From a virus, in the IMG/VR virus record IMGVR_UViG_3300017989_000071, positions 53,645-117,644 of that record: DNA of 64,000 nucleotides; one strand, 5' to 3'. Positions 54,693 through 63,352 of the stretch are shown piece by piece. Position 1 is the stretch's first letter. Each line of letters starts with the position of its first letter. The position numbers and the translations under genes are program-made. Under the pieces are notes generated by a model. It had not been told where the DNA came from and ran no database searches. It saw only the letters and a program-made list of their open reading frames with translations.

Positions 54693-55208
54693 TTAGATGT
54701 CGCGATAGGCGGTGTCAACGGAGAGCGTCGCTTCCATGACAAGATTGTCCACGGTGGCGTGATCGAGATCGCCCCAATTCGCCGACTCGATGAACAGCCC
54801 CTCCATTTTCCAGAGCCGTTCGTGAGAGCCGTCGGGACCGAACAGGACGATGGTTCCGTCCCGCTTGTAGTCGGCGGGGAGACCCATGCTTCCCGTCTTC
54901 GGATCGCCGGTCAGCTGATACCACCGCCAAAGCGCATCGCGAGTCTCGCTGTCGATGAAGTCGCGGACGCGGAGCGAAGTCGTTCCGACGATGATCTTCC
55001 CGGCCATGTGAACCTGCTTGTTCACGTAGTCGATGGTCACCTTCTCGAACGAGCTCTCGGGGATCGCACCACCGGCCACGCCGAGGATCAGGGTATCGGA
55101 GTCCTGTCCGGGCAGCCCGTGGATTTCGATGGAAAACTGGTTTTGCAACTGCGGGGTAAACTGCCCCGCCTGCTGAGCGATGTGGTTGGGCGCAAGAATT
55201 TCGGCCAT
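54693..55208 (-). CDS. Tail tube protein (gp19-like)
   Basis: NQFSIEI, YKRDGTI.LFGPDG...R.WKMEGLF...WGDLD. Confidence 0.9.
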   Translation of the reverse strand: MAEILAPNHIAQQAGQFTPQLQNQFSIEIHGLPGQDSDTLILGVAGGAIPESSFEKVTIDYVNKQVHMAGKIIVGTTSLRVRDFIDSETRDALWRWYQLTGDPKTGSMGLPADYKRDGTIVLFGPDGSHERLWKMEGLFIESANWGDLDHATVDNLVMEATLSVDTAYRDI

Positions 55209-55243
55209 GTCGTTTCTCCTCGTCTGGGGTCAGTAGACCGCGA

Positions 55244-56764
55244 TTAGGCCGCCTGAAGCAGCTCTTGAAAGTCGGCCCCTTGCGAGGTGAGGGTGAAATC
55301 GAGGATGATTACTTCCGCCGACTTCGTGGGCTTCAGTAGAATCTTCCCTCGCATTTCGTTCCGCTCGATCACCGCCGTCGGGTTGGTCGTTTCGTCCATC
55401 ACGATCTGGTAGTCTTGCAGACCACGACGGGCGAGCACATCCCGCAACGGGGGATCGACCACACCGCGCCACGACCGCCACGTCGGCGCGTCGCTCTGCT
55501 CGAAGGTAAAGTAGCGGGTCGAGGCCGTAATGATGGACTTGACCTTGTTGAGCATCCGGCGGACATTCACCCGGTCCAAGGCCGTCGGGGCACGCTGGAG
55601 CGTCTTCTGTCCGTAGATGAAGATGCCCTCGCCGACGAAGCTCACGATGGGATTCACGTTCTGGCCGGTCCCGTACATGACCTCCCGCTCCCCCTGCGAA
55701 GGCGAGTAGACGGCCTGCTTGGAATTGACCTTGCCGCGACGGAGACCGGCGGGTGCCCACCACGGAGCCGCCACCCGGTCGGTACGGGCAATCGCCGCTG
55801 CCACGAAACCGGAAGCGGCCACGATCACATCCTGCTCGTTGAACTCGTCGTAAACGATCTGCTCGCTCCACCACAAGCCACCGTAAGACGAATTGAGGGC
55901 CGCGCTGCCGCCGCCGCTCGGATCGTTGTGCCAGTCCACAATGCCCTGCACGTCCAGACCCATCGGGCCGTCGGGGACCGCGAAGGCATCCTTCCGCGCC
56001 TCGGCGGTCAGAAGGAGCTGATTCACCACGCTCTCGTCGTACATGCCGGGAGCGATCAGGGTATCGACGTAGACCTCTTCGACGTTCTCGAACTTCTTGA
56101 TCGCCGTGATCGCCTTGCCGACCAGCGTTCCGCTGAAGCCGTTGAGGCCACCCACGAACACCACCGGGTCTTGGGCCGTACTCGGCTCGCCGGGGCCACC
56201 CGCCGACAGCACCGTGGCTTCGAGCCATTCGCTGCCGTCCACCGGGTCGTTGATGATCTCCTCGACATCGGCACGGGACAGGTTATCCCAGACCTCCAGC
56301 TCTTGCAGACCGCCATAGGTCTCGTAGAGCGTGATCTTGAAGCCGGACTCCGTACCCGCCGCGACGTTGAGCTGGAGCGTGTTGCCGTAGGTTCCGTACT
56401 CCAGTAGTTGAAACTGAACGGAATCGACATCCCCCGCATCCACCAGCGTCGCAATGGCACGTCCGGTGTAGGGATCGGACAGGTTGATGTCGTCGCCCGT
56501 ACCACCCGCATCGGAAGCGATGCGGACGAACCACAACACATTCCCCTCGCGCAAGAACTGACGGGCGGCGTAGAACGCCTGACTGTTGGGGTCGGGGCGA
56601 CCGAACTTCGTAATAAAATCCGGCTCGTCGGTAACGAGCGTCAACTCGTTCAGCGGTCCCTTCGTGGCCGTACCAACCATACCAAGTGCGGTAGGGGCAG
56701 CTCCGGCGGCGTAGAGGGACAGGTCGATTTCTCGGGGGTATACACCCGCGCTCACTGGACTCAT
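55244..56764 (-). CDS. Tail sheath protein (gp18-like)
   Basis: SAGVYPREIDLS, GTATKGP, PWWAPAGLRRG, YGQKTLQ...LDRVNVRR, PTKSAEVI. Confidence 0.93.
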   Translation of the reverse strand: MSPVSAGVYPREIDLSLYAAGAAPTALGMVGTATKGPLNELTLVTDEPDFITKFGRPDPNSQAFYAARQFLREGNVLWFVRIASDAGGTGDDINLSDPYTGRAIATLVDAGDVDSVQFQLLEYGTYGNTLQLNVAAGTESGFKITLYETYGGLQELEVWDNLSRADVEEIINDPVDGSEWLEATVLSAGGPGEPSTAQDPVVFVGGLNGFSGTLVGKAITAIKKFENVEEVYVDTLIAPGMYDESVVNQLLLTAEARKDAFAVPDGPMGLDVQGIVDWHNDPSGGGSAALNSSYGGLWWSEQIVYDEFNEQDVIVAASGFVAAAIARTDRVAAPWWAPAGLRRGKVNSKQAVYSPSQGEREVMYGTGQNVNPIVSFVGEGIFIYGQKTLQRAPTALDRVNVRRMLNKVKSIITASTRYFTFEQSDAPTWRSWRGVVDPPLRDVLARRGLQDYQIVMDETTNPTAVIERNEMRGKILLKPTKSAEVIILDFTLTSQGADFQELLQAA

Positions 56765-56781
56765 CTCTGTACTCCTTTCAG

Positions 56782-57726
56782 TTAGGTTGAGATACCGATG
56801 GCTGCGTTACGGCCTGCTGTGACCAAGCTGTTGTAATCGGTCGCGTCCTTCGGAAACACAGCATAGTAGTACGTCTGGCTGTCGCCAACTGCATCGACGT
56901 ATTCCTCCTCGCCACCGGCCTCGGGACTGCTGTTCTCGTAGACCGCTGTGCCATCGGATTCGTCCGTCGGATAGCTCCCCACCTTCCGCACAAGCCGCAC
57001 GCTGTCCAACGCCTCTTCGTTCGGATTGGTCCAGCTCAATGTGATCTGGTCGTTCTCGTCGGTCGTTGCGGTGAAGTCGAGAATCTGAGATGGGGAATCG
57101 GGGGTTGCGGACACGGCGTTGAAGCCCGGCGTCACCGCCGTCTGCCAATTCATCGCCAAGTCCCGAACGAAGATCGAATAGAAGTATTCCGTCCCGTCGT
57201 CCAGCCCCACGTCCTCGACGGCAAGGGGTACGTTCGGCGATGCCTCGCGCACCTCCTTCACCAACGTCGCCTCGGGATCGTTGTAGGCGGTCGGGTAGGT
57301 ATCCTCGCGCCGCAGAATCCGCAGTGAGTGGATGTCTTCGTCGGGAGGATTCGTCCACCGCAGCGTCGTCTTCTGCGACTCTCCGGATTGTGCGGTCAAG
57401 TCCACCACCTGCTCGGGGGGATTCTGTTCGGTGAAGATCAGGAAGTCGATCCCCACCCGCCGCACAATGTCGGGGGTCACCTCGGTCGGGAGGATCGTAA
57501 TCGCCCCGGCCAGCTCCACCTCGACATCCTCCTTCGGGACGAACTTCGAGTCGAAGCCCTGCATCGGATTCCCTACGGTAGCCCACTGCCCCTGACCTGA
57601 CTGGTTGTAGATCACCCGAATGTCGTCCGGGGTAAACGAACCCGGATTGAACATCGGCTGTCCGTAGACAAACAACCCGCCGATCTGAGAGGCTTGGGCT
57701 TCGGGGTTTGCCCAAATAAATTGCAT
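56782..57726 (-). CDS. Virion protein with two fibronectin type III-like repeats
   Basis: Two repeats of the pattern L.WTNP......RI.R....YPT...D....Y..Y.IF. Confidence 0.75.
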   Translation of the reverse strand: MQFIWANPEAQASQIGGLFVYGQPMFNPGSFTPDDIRVIYNQSGQGQWATVGNPMQGFDSKFVPKEDVEVELAGAITILPTEVTPDIVRRVGIDFLIFTEQNPPEQVVDLTAQSGESQKTTLRWTNPPDEDIHSLRILRREDTYPTAYNDPEATLVKEVREASPNVPLAVEDVGLDDGTEYFYSIFVRDLAMNWQTAVTPGFNAVSATPDSPSQILDFTATTDENDQITLSWTNPNEEALDSVRLVRKVGSYPTDESDGTAVYENSSPEAGGEEEYVDAVGDSQTYYYAVFPKDATDYNSLVTAGRNAAIGIST

Positions 57727-57752
57727 GTCGCTCTCCTCGTTATCGTCGCCGG

Positions 57753-57956
57753 TTAATCGACTTCTTTCACGGTGGTCAGCTTGACCATTTTCTTCTCGAC
57801 GAGAACTTGGATGTGCCGCGTGATCTCCTCCTCGCCTACGATCAAATGACCGCGTGCGGTGAGGAACCGGGTCTTGTACTTCCCGGTTTTGAGATCGTTG
57901 AGGAGCACATCGAAGCCGGTGCGGGTGAGGTTCTGAATTTTGATCTTAGTAGTCAT
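57753..57956 (-). CDS. Small hypothetical virion-region protein
   Basis: ORF track; position. Confidence 0.65.
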   Translation of the reverse strand: MTTKIKIQNLTRTGFDVLLNDLKTGKYKTRFLTARGHLIVGEEEITRHIQVLVEKKMVKLTTVKEVD

Positions 57957-58641
57957 GGGGAATCGTCTCCGACCAATAAAGCTCTTCGGTGTCCATATCG
58001 CACACGTCGATCCGGATTCGCTCGACCAGCCAACCCAGCTCGTAGAACAACTCGTCCAGCGTTCGCCACGGCTCCTCGAAGAGCGGGAACAGGTGCGCCT
58101 TTACCCGAAGGGTATAAGTGTAGCGAACGGTTCGATCCGCTTCGTCAGGCTCCAAATCCGAGGTATGATCCCCCGAACCGTCGAGGTAAACTTCGATGTA
58201 CTTCTCCCCCCACGGGTAGCCGACATCGACGAGGATGTAGCGCGGGGGGAGATTCCAAAACAGCATCATCATCTTCCGCCGCCAGTAATTCATCTCCCAC
58301 ATGTGCTGCGTCCACATGTCGATCTGGTAGTTGATGATGATCGGCGTCGGCGGATCGGCGATGATCGCCCGGTTCGCCGCACTCTCCGGATCGGGAATCT
58401 TCCTAATCTTCGTTCCGAAGCGACGCTCCTCATCCGGATCGTCGTTCATCCGCGTGATCGAGATACGGGGCAACGCCAGCTTCAGGTTCTCCGGAGTCCG
58501 CCCCGAGAGGTAGTCGATAAACTTCCGCTCGGGCGTCAGGAGAAACAACTGCGCCTCGTGACGCGGGATGATCGGAGCGAACTCACACGCCATCAGATCG
58601 AGGATCGCCTGATCGTATAGGTACAGCGTATTCTGGATCAT
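57946..58641 (-). CDS. Tail completion / sheath stabiliser (gp15-like)
   Basis: LPRISITR, PTPIIINYQIDMWT; position before the sheath. Confidence 0.7.
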   Translation of the reverse strand: MIQNTLYLYDQAILDLMACEFAPIIPRHEAQLFLLTPERKFIDYLSGRTPENLKLALPRISITRMNDDPDEERRFGTKIRKIPDPESAANRAIIADPPTPIIINYQIDMWTQHMWEMNYWRRKMMMLFWNLPPRYILVDVGYPWGEKYIEVYLDGSGDHTSDLEPDEADRTVRYTYTLRVKAHLFPLFEEPWRTLDELFYELGWLVERIRIDVCDMDTEELYWSETIPHDY

Positions 58642-58958
58642 CGGCCCGGCTTCTTCGGCACCTTCGGCTTGTTCAGGTGGTGCGCCTGAATCACGTTATA
58701 CTTCCCCGCGATCCACTCGGCCTTGCTCCGAATCTCCTCGTCGATTCTCCGGTCGGCGATGATCGAGTGGAAAAGCGATCCCACGGTATAGTCTGATTCG
58801 GTCGTGAATCTTTTGATGTGCTCGAAAACGATTTCCTCCTGCTCCCCGTCGAGCTCGGCATAGAGATCGGTCAGCTCGTCGTAGGCCATCCCCGAGTGCG
58901 CGGTTGCAATCGGGGAAGTCGGCGACAACAGGCTTTCCATAAAGTCCTTGCTCGGCAT
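58638..58958 (-). CDS. Hypothetical protein
   Basis: GGAGG RBS; coupled stop/start. Confidence 0.6.
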   Translation of the reverse strand: MPSKDFMESLLSPTSPIATAHSGMAYDELTDLYAELDGEQEEIVFEHIKRFTTESDYTVGSLFHSIIADRRIDEEIRSKAEWIAGKYNVIQAHHLNKPKVPKKPGR

Positions 58959-58966
58959 GAAACCTC

Positions 58967-59659
58967 CTACAGGAGATCGGCGAAGGGATCGCTTTCGTCA
59001 ATCGTAGGCCGCTTCTTCTTCGGCGGATCGGGAACCCGAGGCGGACGCCTCTTCGGTTTCACGGTCCGCTTCTTCGGCGGCTGTTTCTTCGGCTTACCCT
59101 TCCCGAGATCGGGAGAGGCGGCATTCGTTTTCCGTCGCGACTTCAGCTCCTCGGCCACCGCCGCGTAATACTTCTTCGCGAACTCGGGATTAACCTTCAA
59201 CCACTTGGCGATCAGGGGACGCCACAGCGGACGAGGGGGCATGATCTCGCCGGGGTTGGCAATCGGCGTGCCGAACTCCAGCCACCGCGCCAACTGGGGA
59301 AGGTTTACCGGACGCTTCCGCTTCTTCGTTTCGGGGTGGATCACGTCGGCCACCCCTACATGCGCGTAGCCCTGCTCGTCCGCCCACGCTTCGATGTTAT
59401 CCCGGTAGAACTGCGTGCGGATGTAGATACGCGGATCGTAGAGACCCTTCAGCTTCCGCCGCAGGTACTTGTTCGAGAGCGCAGCCCAATCGTATCGCTG
59501 CTGCGCAATGATTTCGATGGCCTCGTCGCGGATCGCTTCGGCCACCTCCATTGACACCTTCTCGGCAGCGACCTTCTGCGCCGTCCGAAACACGGAAACG
59601 AAACCGAGCGGCGAGGACTTCGGAATCTTCACCTTTGGTTTCATTCCGCGTATCGCCAT
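58967..59659 (-). CDS. Virion morphogenesis protein (HK97 gp10 / Mu gpG-like)
   Basis: LARWLEFGT....MPPRPLWRP. Confidence 0.7.
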   Translation of the reverse strand: MAIRGMKPKVKIPKSSPLGFVSVFRTAQKVAAEKVSMEVAEAIRDEAIEIIAQQRYDWAALSNKYLRRKLKGLYDPRIYIRTQFYRDNIEAWADEQGYAHVGVADVIHPETKKRKRPVNLPQLARWLEFGTPIANPGEIMPPRPLWRPLIAKWLKVNPEFAKKYYAAVAEELKSRRKTNAASPDLGKGKPKKQPPKKRTVKPKRRPPRVPDPPKKKRPTIDESDPFADLL

Positions 59660-59863
59660 TTATTCCTCCAAGACCGCTGTGTCTTCCGGGTTCTTCTGCG
59701 CCCGCTGGATGCCGACCATCATCTCCCGCTCGGTAAACATCAGCGGGATCAGATCGCCACCCCGGTCTACCAAGAAGGTCATGTAATTCGGATTCGACAG
59801 CGGATGCGGATTCTCATTCGCCACGTCGAAGACGTTACCTAGCTTGTCTCGATCCCATGCCAT
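59660..59863 (-). CDS. Small hypothetical protein
   Basis: ORF track; abuts neighbours. Confidence 0.6.
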   Translation of the reverse strand: MAWDRDKLGNVFDVANENPHPLSNPNYMTFLVDRGGDLIPLMFTEREMMVGIQRAQKNPEDTAVLEE

Positions 59864-59864
59864 A

Positions 59865-60200
59865 TCAACCTCGGATTACTCTGCGGAGCAGAATTGTCGA
59901 TTCCCCCATTCCGGTCATATCTTCGACCTCTTCCTCGCCCTCCTCTTCGGCCTCCTCGTGCTTCGGGTCCAGCACTTCGAGCAGCGTTTCCGCTTCGCCG
60001 AAATGAACCTTCTCTTCGTGAACCAGACTTTGCAGCATCGTCTTCACCCGAGGATCGCGAGCTTGCTTCAGCATGTTCTCGTAGAGGGTGACTGCTTCCA
60101 TCTCCTCGTTCATCACCTGCCGAAGGAGCTGCACATCGTCCATCGGGACATCGAGGGTGCCTCGCGCTTCGTTGATCTGTAGGGTCAATCGTTTCTTCAT
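59865..60200 (-). CDS. Ferritin-like (rubrerythrin / encapsulin Flp-like) half four-helix protein
   Basis: EEMEAVTLYE...D..VKTML..L.HEEKVH.GE: di-iron E...Y...ExxH ligand pattern. Confidence 0.75.
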   Translation of the reverse strand: MKKRLTLQINEARGTLDVPMDDVQLLRQVMNEEMEAVTLYENMLKQARDPRVKTMLQSLVHEEKVHFGEAETLLEVLDPKHEEAEEEGEEEVEDMTGMGESTILLRRVIRG

Positions 60201-60207
60201 CGTAGCC

Positions 60208-60744
60208 TCACGAAGTAAGAGGTTCGTGCGTCAGGTTCGCCGCACACACAACGTGCAACGGGTATTGGGTGTTCCCCCAGAAGTCGTGAATCTCGGCGGT
60301 CCGCAGCTCATACTGATTCTTGATCGAACCTTCGACCATGAAGTCGATGCGGTCGCCGATCTTCGGCCCCTTCGTAATATCCCGAAAGTCGATTCCCAGC
60401 CCTTCGAGAACCGCAATCGAGAACACGACAAGGATGTCGGACGTACGATTGAGTCCCCACTTGTCCGCCGTCTTCTGGTCGATCTCCCGATTGATGTAGA
60501 CCGGAAGGTCCACCACCGGATCGCTGTACGCAGCGGTGTCCGGCCCATCGTCGGTCACCGCGCCTTCCACAGGCTCGCCGTAGATATTCCGCGACACGCC
60601 CGACCCACCCTCGGCAGCGGACGCCTGCTGCACGAAGTACAGGCGGTGACGTTGCATCTGAAGGAAATACCGCTCGCGGTCCCACGCCTTGATCTGAGCA
60701 AGGTCTTTCGACTCCTGCCAATGTAGATTCGGAGTATCGACCAT
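60208..60744 (-). CDS. Neck / head-completion protein (gp14-like)
   Basis: NIYGEP, KWGL, PKIGDRI...YEL; position. Confidence 0.65.
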   Translation of the reverse strand: MVDTPNLHWQESKDLAQIKAWDRERYFLQMQRHRLYFVQQASAAEGGSGVSRNIYGEPVEGAVTDDGPDTAAYSDPVVDLPVYINREIDQKTADKWGLNRTSDILVVFSIAVLEGLGIDFRDITKGPKIGDRIDFMVEGSIKNQYELRTAEIHDFWGNTQYPLHVVCAANLTHEPLTS

Positions 60745-60747
60745 CGG

Positions 60748-61554
60748 TTAGATTCCCGACCCGACCAGCGGTGGCATGAAGTCACCCTTGTCGTTGATGA
60801 AATCCTCGGTGATCTTCTCTTTTTCTTCTTGCGCCGTGCTGACCAGATCGGAGCCGTTGAGGTTTTGCCCCTCGTTCTGCCCCGGAATCTGCCCACCGAA
60901 CTTCGCACGCTTCTCGCCAATCAGCTCCTTCCCCAACGCAGCGGCGTAGAGCAGGAACCAATGCTGATCGGCCAGCGGAATCTGTTCGATATGATGCAGG
61001 TCTTGGTACTTCAAAACCACCTGTGGAATGTTCGTCGATTCAGGAACCGGATAAATCCACAGCGTCCCGATCCCCGGACTAGGGAAATCAGGATCGAATC
61101 GCCAATCGAACTCCGCGCTGACGATCCGCTTCGCCGTTTCGAGGTAAGACAGGTCCAGATGCAAGTCTCCGATCTCGGTCATGTACCGAATATCGAAGGA
61201 GATCAATTCGTCGGGGCTGACCCCCAACCCCAAACCCAACTGCGTGCGCGTTGGGGGAACGAGAACATTCACCGCGCCGAAGCCCCACTGCTGATCTCCG
61301 ACGCTGTTGTCCAGCTCGTACTGCTGAACGCCGCCTGAAACCGGAACCACGGTATAGCCGTACTTCGGCCAGTACCGAGAGTACCAGAGCAACGCCTCGG
61401 CAATGATCCCGTCGCGCTTCAGGTCCGAGTCCGTTCCGCCCTTCCCGTAGAAGTCGTCGTCGGCCAACTCGACTGTGAGCGAGCTGTCGCCCATCTTCCG
61501 CTTCACGAGGTTCGGAATATCGGCAACGGCTAGGGTTCGGCTGATCGTGGTCAT
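60748..61554 (-). CDS. Neck protein (gp13-like head-tail adaptor)
   Basis: RKMG...VEL...IIAEAL, YAAALGKELIGEKRAKF...LNGSDL. Confidence 0.8.
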   Translation of the reverse strand: MTTISRTLAVADIPNLVKRKMGDSSLTVELADDDFYGKGGTDSDLKRDGIIAEALLWYSRYWPKYGYTVVPVSGGVQQYELDNSVGDQQWGFGAVNVLVPPTRTQLGLGLGVSPDELISFDIRYMTEIGDLHLDLSYLETAKRIVSAEFDWRFDPDFPSPGIGTLWIYPVPESTNIPQVVLKYQDLHHIEQIPLADQHWFLLYAAALGKELIGEKRAKFGGQIPGQNEGQNLNGSDLVSTAQEEKEKITEDFINDKGDFMPPLVGSGI

Positions 61555-61772
61555 TCGTCTTCCGGCGGCTCAGTGAGATCACATCCGCACTCGGGGCACC
61601 GCTTCGGGTATGCTCCCGGATACTTCGGAACTTTGTAGCCACAGCCGGGACACTGCCGCTTCGCCGGTAGGCGTTGCAGCATGTTAATCATCCCGTTCGT
61701 GGCCTGTTCCATCACATGATCCGGATCGAGGCCGTTCATCACGCATTGGATCATCTGATCGGCGATCTGCAT
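61551..61772 (-). CDS. Small zinc-ribbon protein
   Basis: CPGCG...CPECG. Confidence 0.65.
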   Translation of the reverse strand: MQIADQMIQCVMNGLDPDHVMEQATNGMINMLQRLPAKRQCPGCGYKVPKYPGAYPKRCPECGCDLTEPPEDE

Positions 61773-61790
61773 CTGAATCTCCCTTGAAAT

Positions 61791-61814
61791 GGAGGGCGGG
61801 CGGACCCGCCCTCC
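61791..61814 (-). other. 10-bp hairpin after the major capsid gene (terminator-like or stabilising)
   Basis: GGAGGGCGGG-CGGA-CCCGCCCTCC; only a weak U-tract. Confidence 0.5.
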
Positions 61815-61841
61815 ACACTACCCTATGGAGTCAACCCCCGA

Positions 61842-63284
61842 TTAGGAGGGCTGCAACGTCAGGTCAATCGCGCCGTTCGCGTAGAACTTGGAGTCGATGG
61901 CCTTCGTGGCATACCGACTCGCAATCGCCTTGCGCAGCACGAACTCGGCGTTCGGGCTGTTACTCAGCGGCGTCGCGTAGAAGGGCACGTAAGGGGCCAG
62001 CACGTAGCCGGTATCGAACATCTGATCGCCCTTGTAGCCAATCAGGATGTCGTTCGGCCCGCCGTAGGTGTCCACGTAGACGGTCCAACGGCTATTGAGT
62101 GTACCGGCCTTGAACACGCCGCGCCCGGTCAGGTTGTCGAGGTTACCGCGCCAACCCGGCAGGGTTTCCAGCACGTTCGCCACCTCCAGACCGCAAACGA
62201 TCCACTGGCCGCGAGCACGCTGCGTCGCGCCGAGAATATCGTTGCTGATCCGGGTCAGGGTGTCGATAATGCTGAGCTTGTGCTCGGTAAAGGAGATACC
62301 CGAGGGGGCTTTCCCTTCCCAAACACGGATGCCGTTGGGCACCGCCGGGTCGTACACAGCGGTCGCACGGGCGATGGCCTTCAGCTCGCGAATGACACGC
62401 CGGTCGATCTCGAACTTCAGCTCCAGCCCCAGAGCGTTGACGAGGTTGTTCTCCAAGTCTTCGCCGTGGACGACGCGCAGATCGTGGCTCGCCTCGACGG
62501 TCCACTTGGCACGCAGCTTCGTCTCGATGGGGCGCACTTCCGTCGATTCGAGGGTCATTTCGAGCTCGGGAAGCTGGGTATTTCCTTCCATCACGTAGAC
62601 GTAGCTCACCTCGCTCACCGCAGCCGAATTGCCGCTGTAATCGAAGTCCACCGCTCCGGTCCGGTAGTCAATGGTATTCGTACCGGCACCCGTGTCGCCG
62701 ACGATGTTACCGTTACCGTCGTCCTGCACGGTCAGCACGCCGTCGGTCGCCTGAAAGGTGTGCGGACGGACGGGCGAGAAGCCCAACGTCCCGACCTGAT
62801 TGGTCGCCCCGGCAGTACCGAAGGACTCGGCGGTGATCCGCTCGCTGGCGTACTCGTCGTTCGGAACCTCGATGATGTCCTGACCGGCCACCACCGCACC
62901 CTTCGTGGTGCCGTACGTGAACCGCTGGTAGAACACCAGCCCGGTCGGCCCCGACATCGGCTGAACGCTGACCAGCTCGTGAGCGATCAGGTTCGGGAAG
63001 ACGGCGCGGACCAGCGGGAACGCGAACTTGGGGAACTTGCCGAACTGGATCGTGCGGGTCGTCTCGTCGAGGCTGTTCATAAAGTCGTAGGTGTTCTCGA
63101 CCATCAGCATCGTCGCGGACTTGATCCAGTCGTCTTTTTCCTCCAGCCCTTCGGAGATGTCCCCGATACGAACCAGAGTCTCGTCGTCCTTGTAGAGAAC
63201 GACATCTTTTTCCTCGGCCAACCGCATCCCGCGCTCGTAGAGGCGGTTCATGTGGTTGTCGAAGACATTCTGTTCGGTCAACAT
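61842..63284 (-). CDS. Major capsid protein (T4 gp23-like)
   Basis: FPLVRAVFPNLIAHELVSVQPMSGPTGLVF, KLRAKWTVEASHDL, FEIDRRVI, GYVLAPYVP. Confidence 0.95.
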   Translation of the reverse strand: MLTEQNVFDNHMNRLYERGMRLAEEKDVVLYKDDETLVRIGDISEGLEEKDDWIKSATMLMVENTYDFMNSLDETTRTIQFGKFPKFAFPLVRAVFPNLIAHELVSVQPMSGPTGLVFYQRFTYGTTKGAVVAGQDIIEVPNDEYASERITAESFGTAGATNQVGTLGFSPVRPHTFQATDGVLTVQDDGNGNIVGDTGAGTNTIDYRTGAVDFDYSGNSAAVSEVSYVYVMEGNTQLPELEMTLESTEVRPIETKLRAKWTVEASHDLRVVHGEDLENNLVNALGLELKFEIDRRVIRELKAIARATAVYDPAVPNGIRVWEGKAPSGISFTEHKLSIIDTLTRISNDILGATQRARGQWIVCGLEVANVLETLPGWRGNLDNLTGRGVFKAGTLNSRWTVYVDTYGGPNDILIGYKGDQMFDTGYVLAPYVPFYATPLSNSPNAEFVLRKAIASRYATKAIDSKFYANGAIDLTLQPS

Positions 63285-63352
63285 GGTCTCAGACCTCCTG
63301 TCGATTGTTGTGGGAAATTACTTACAACGTGAAGTGCAACGTGCCGGTTCCG

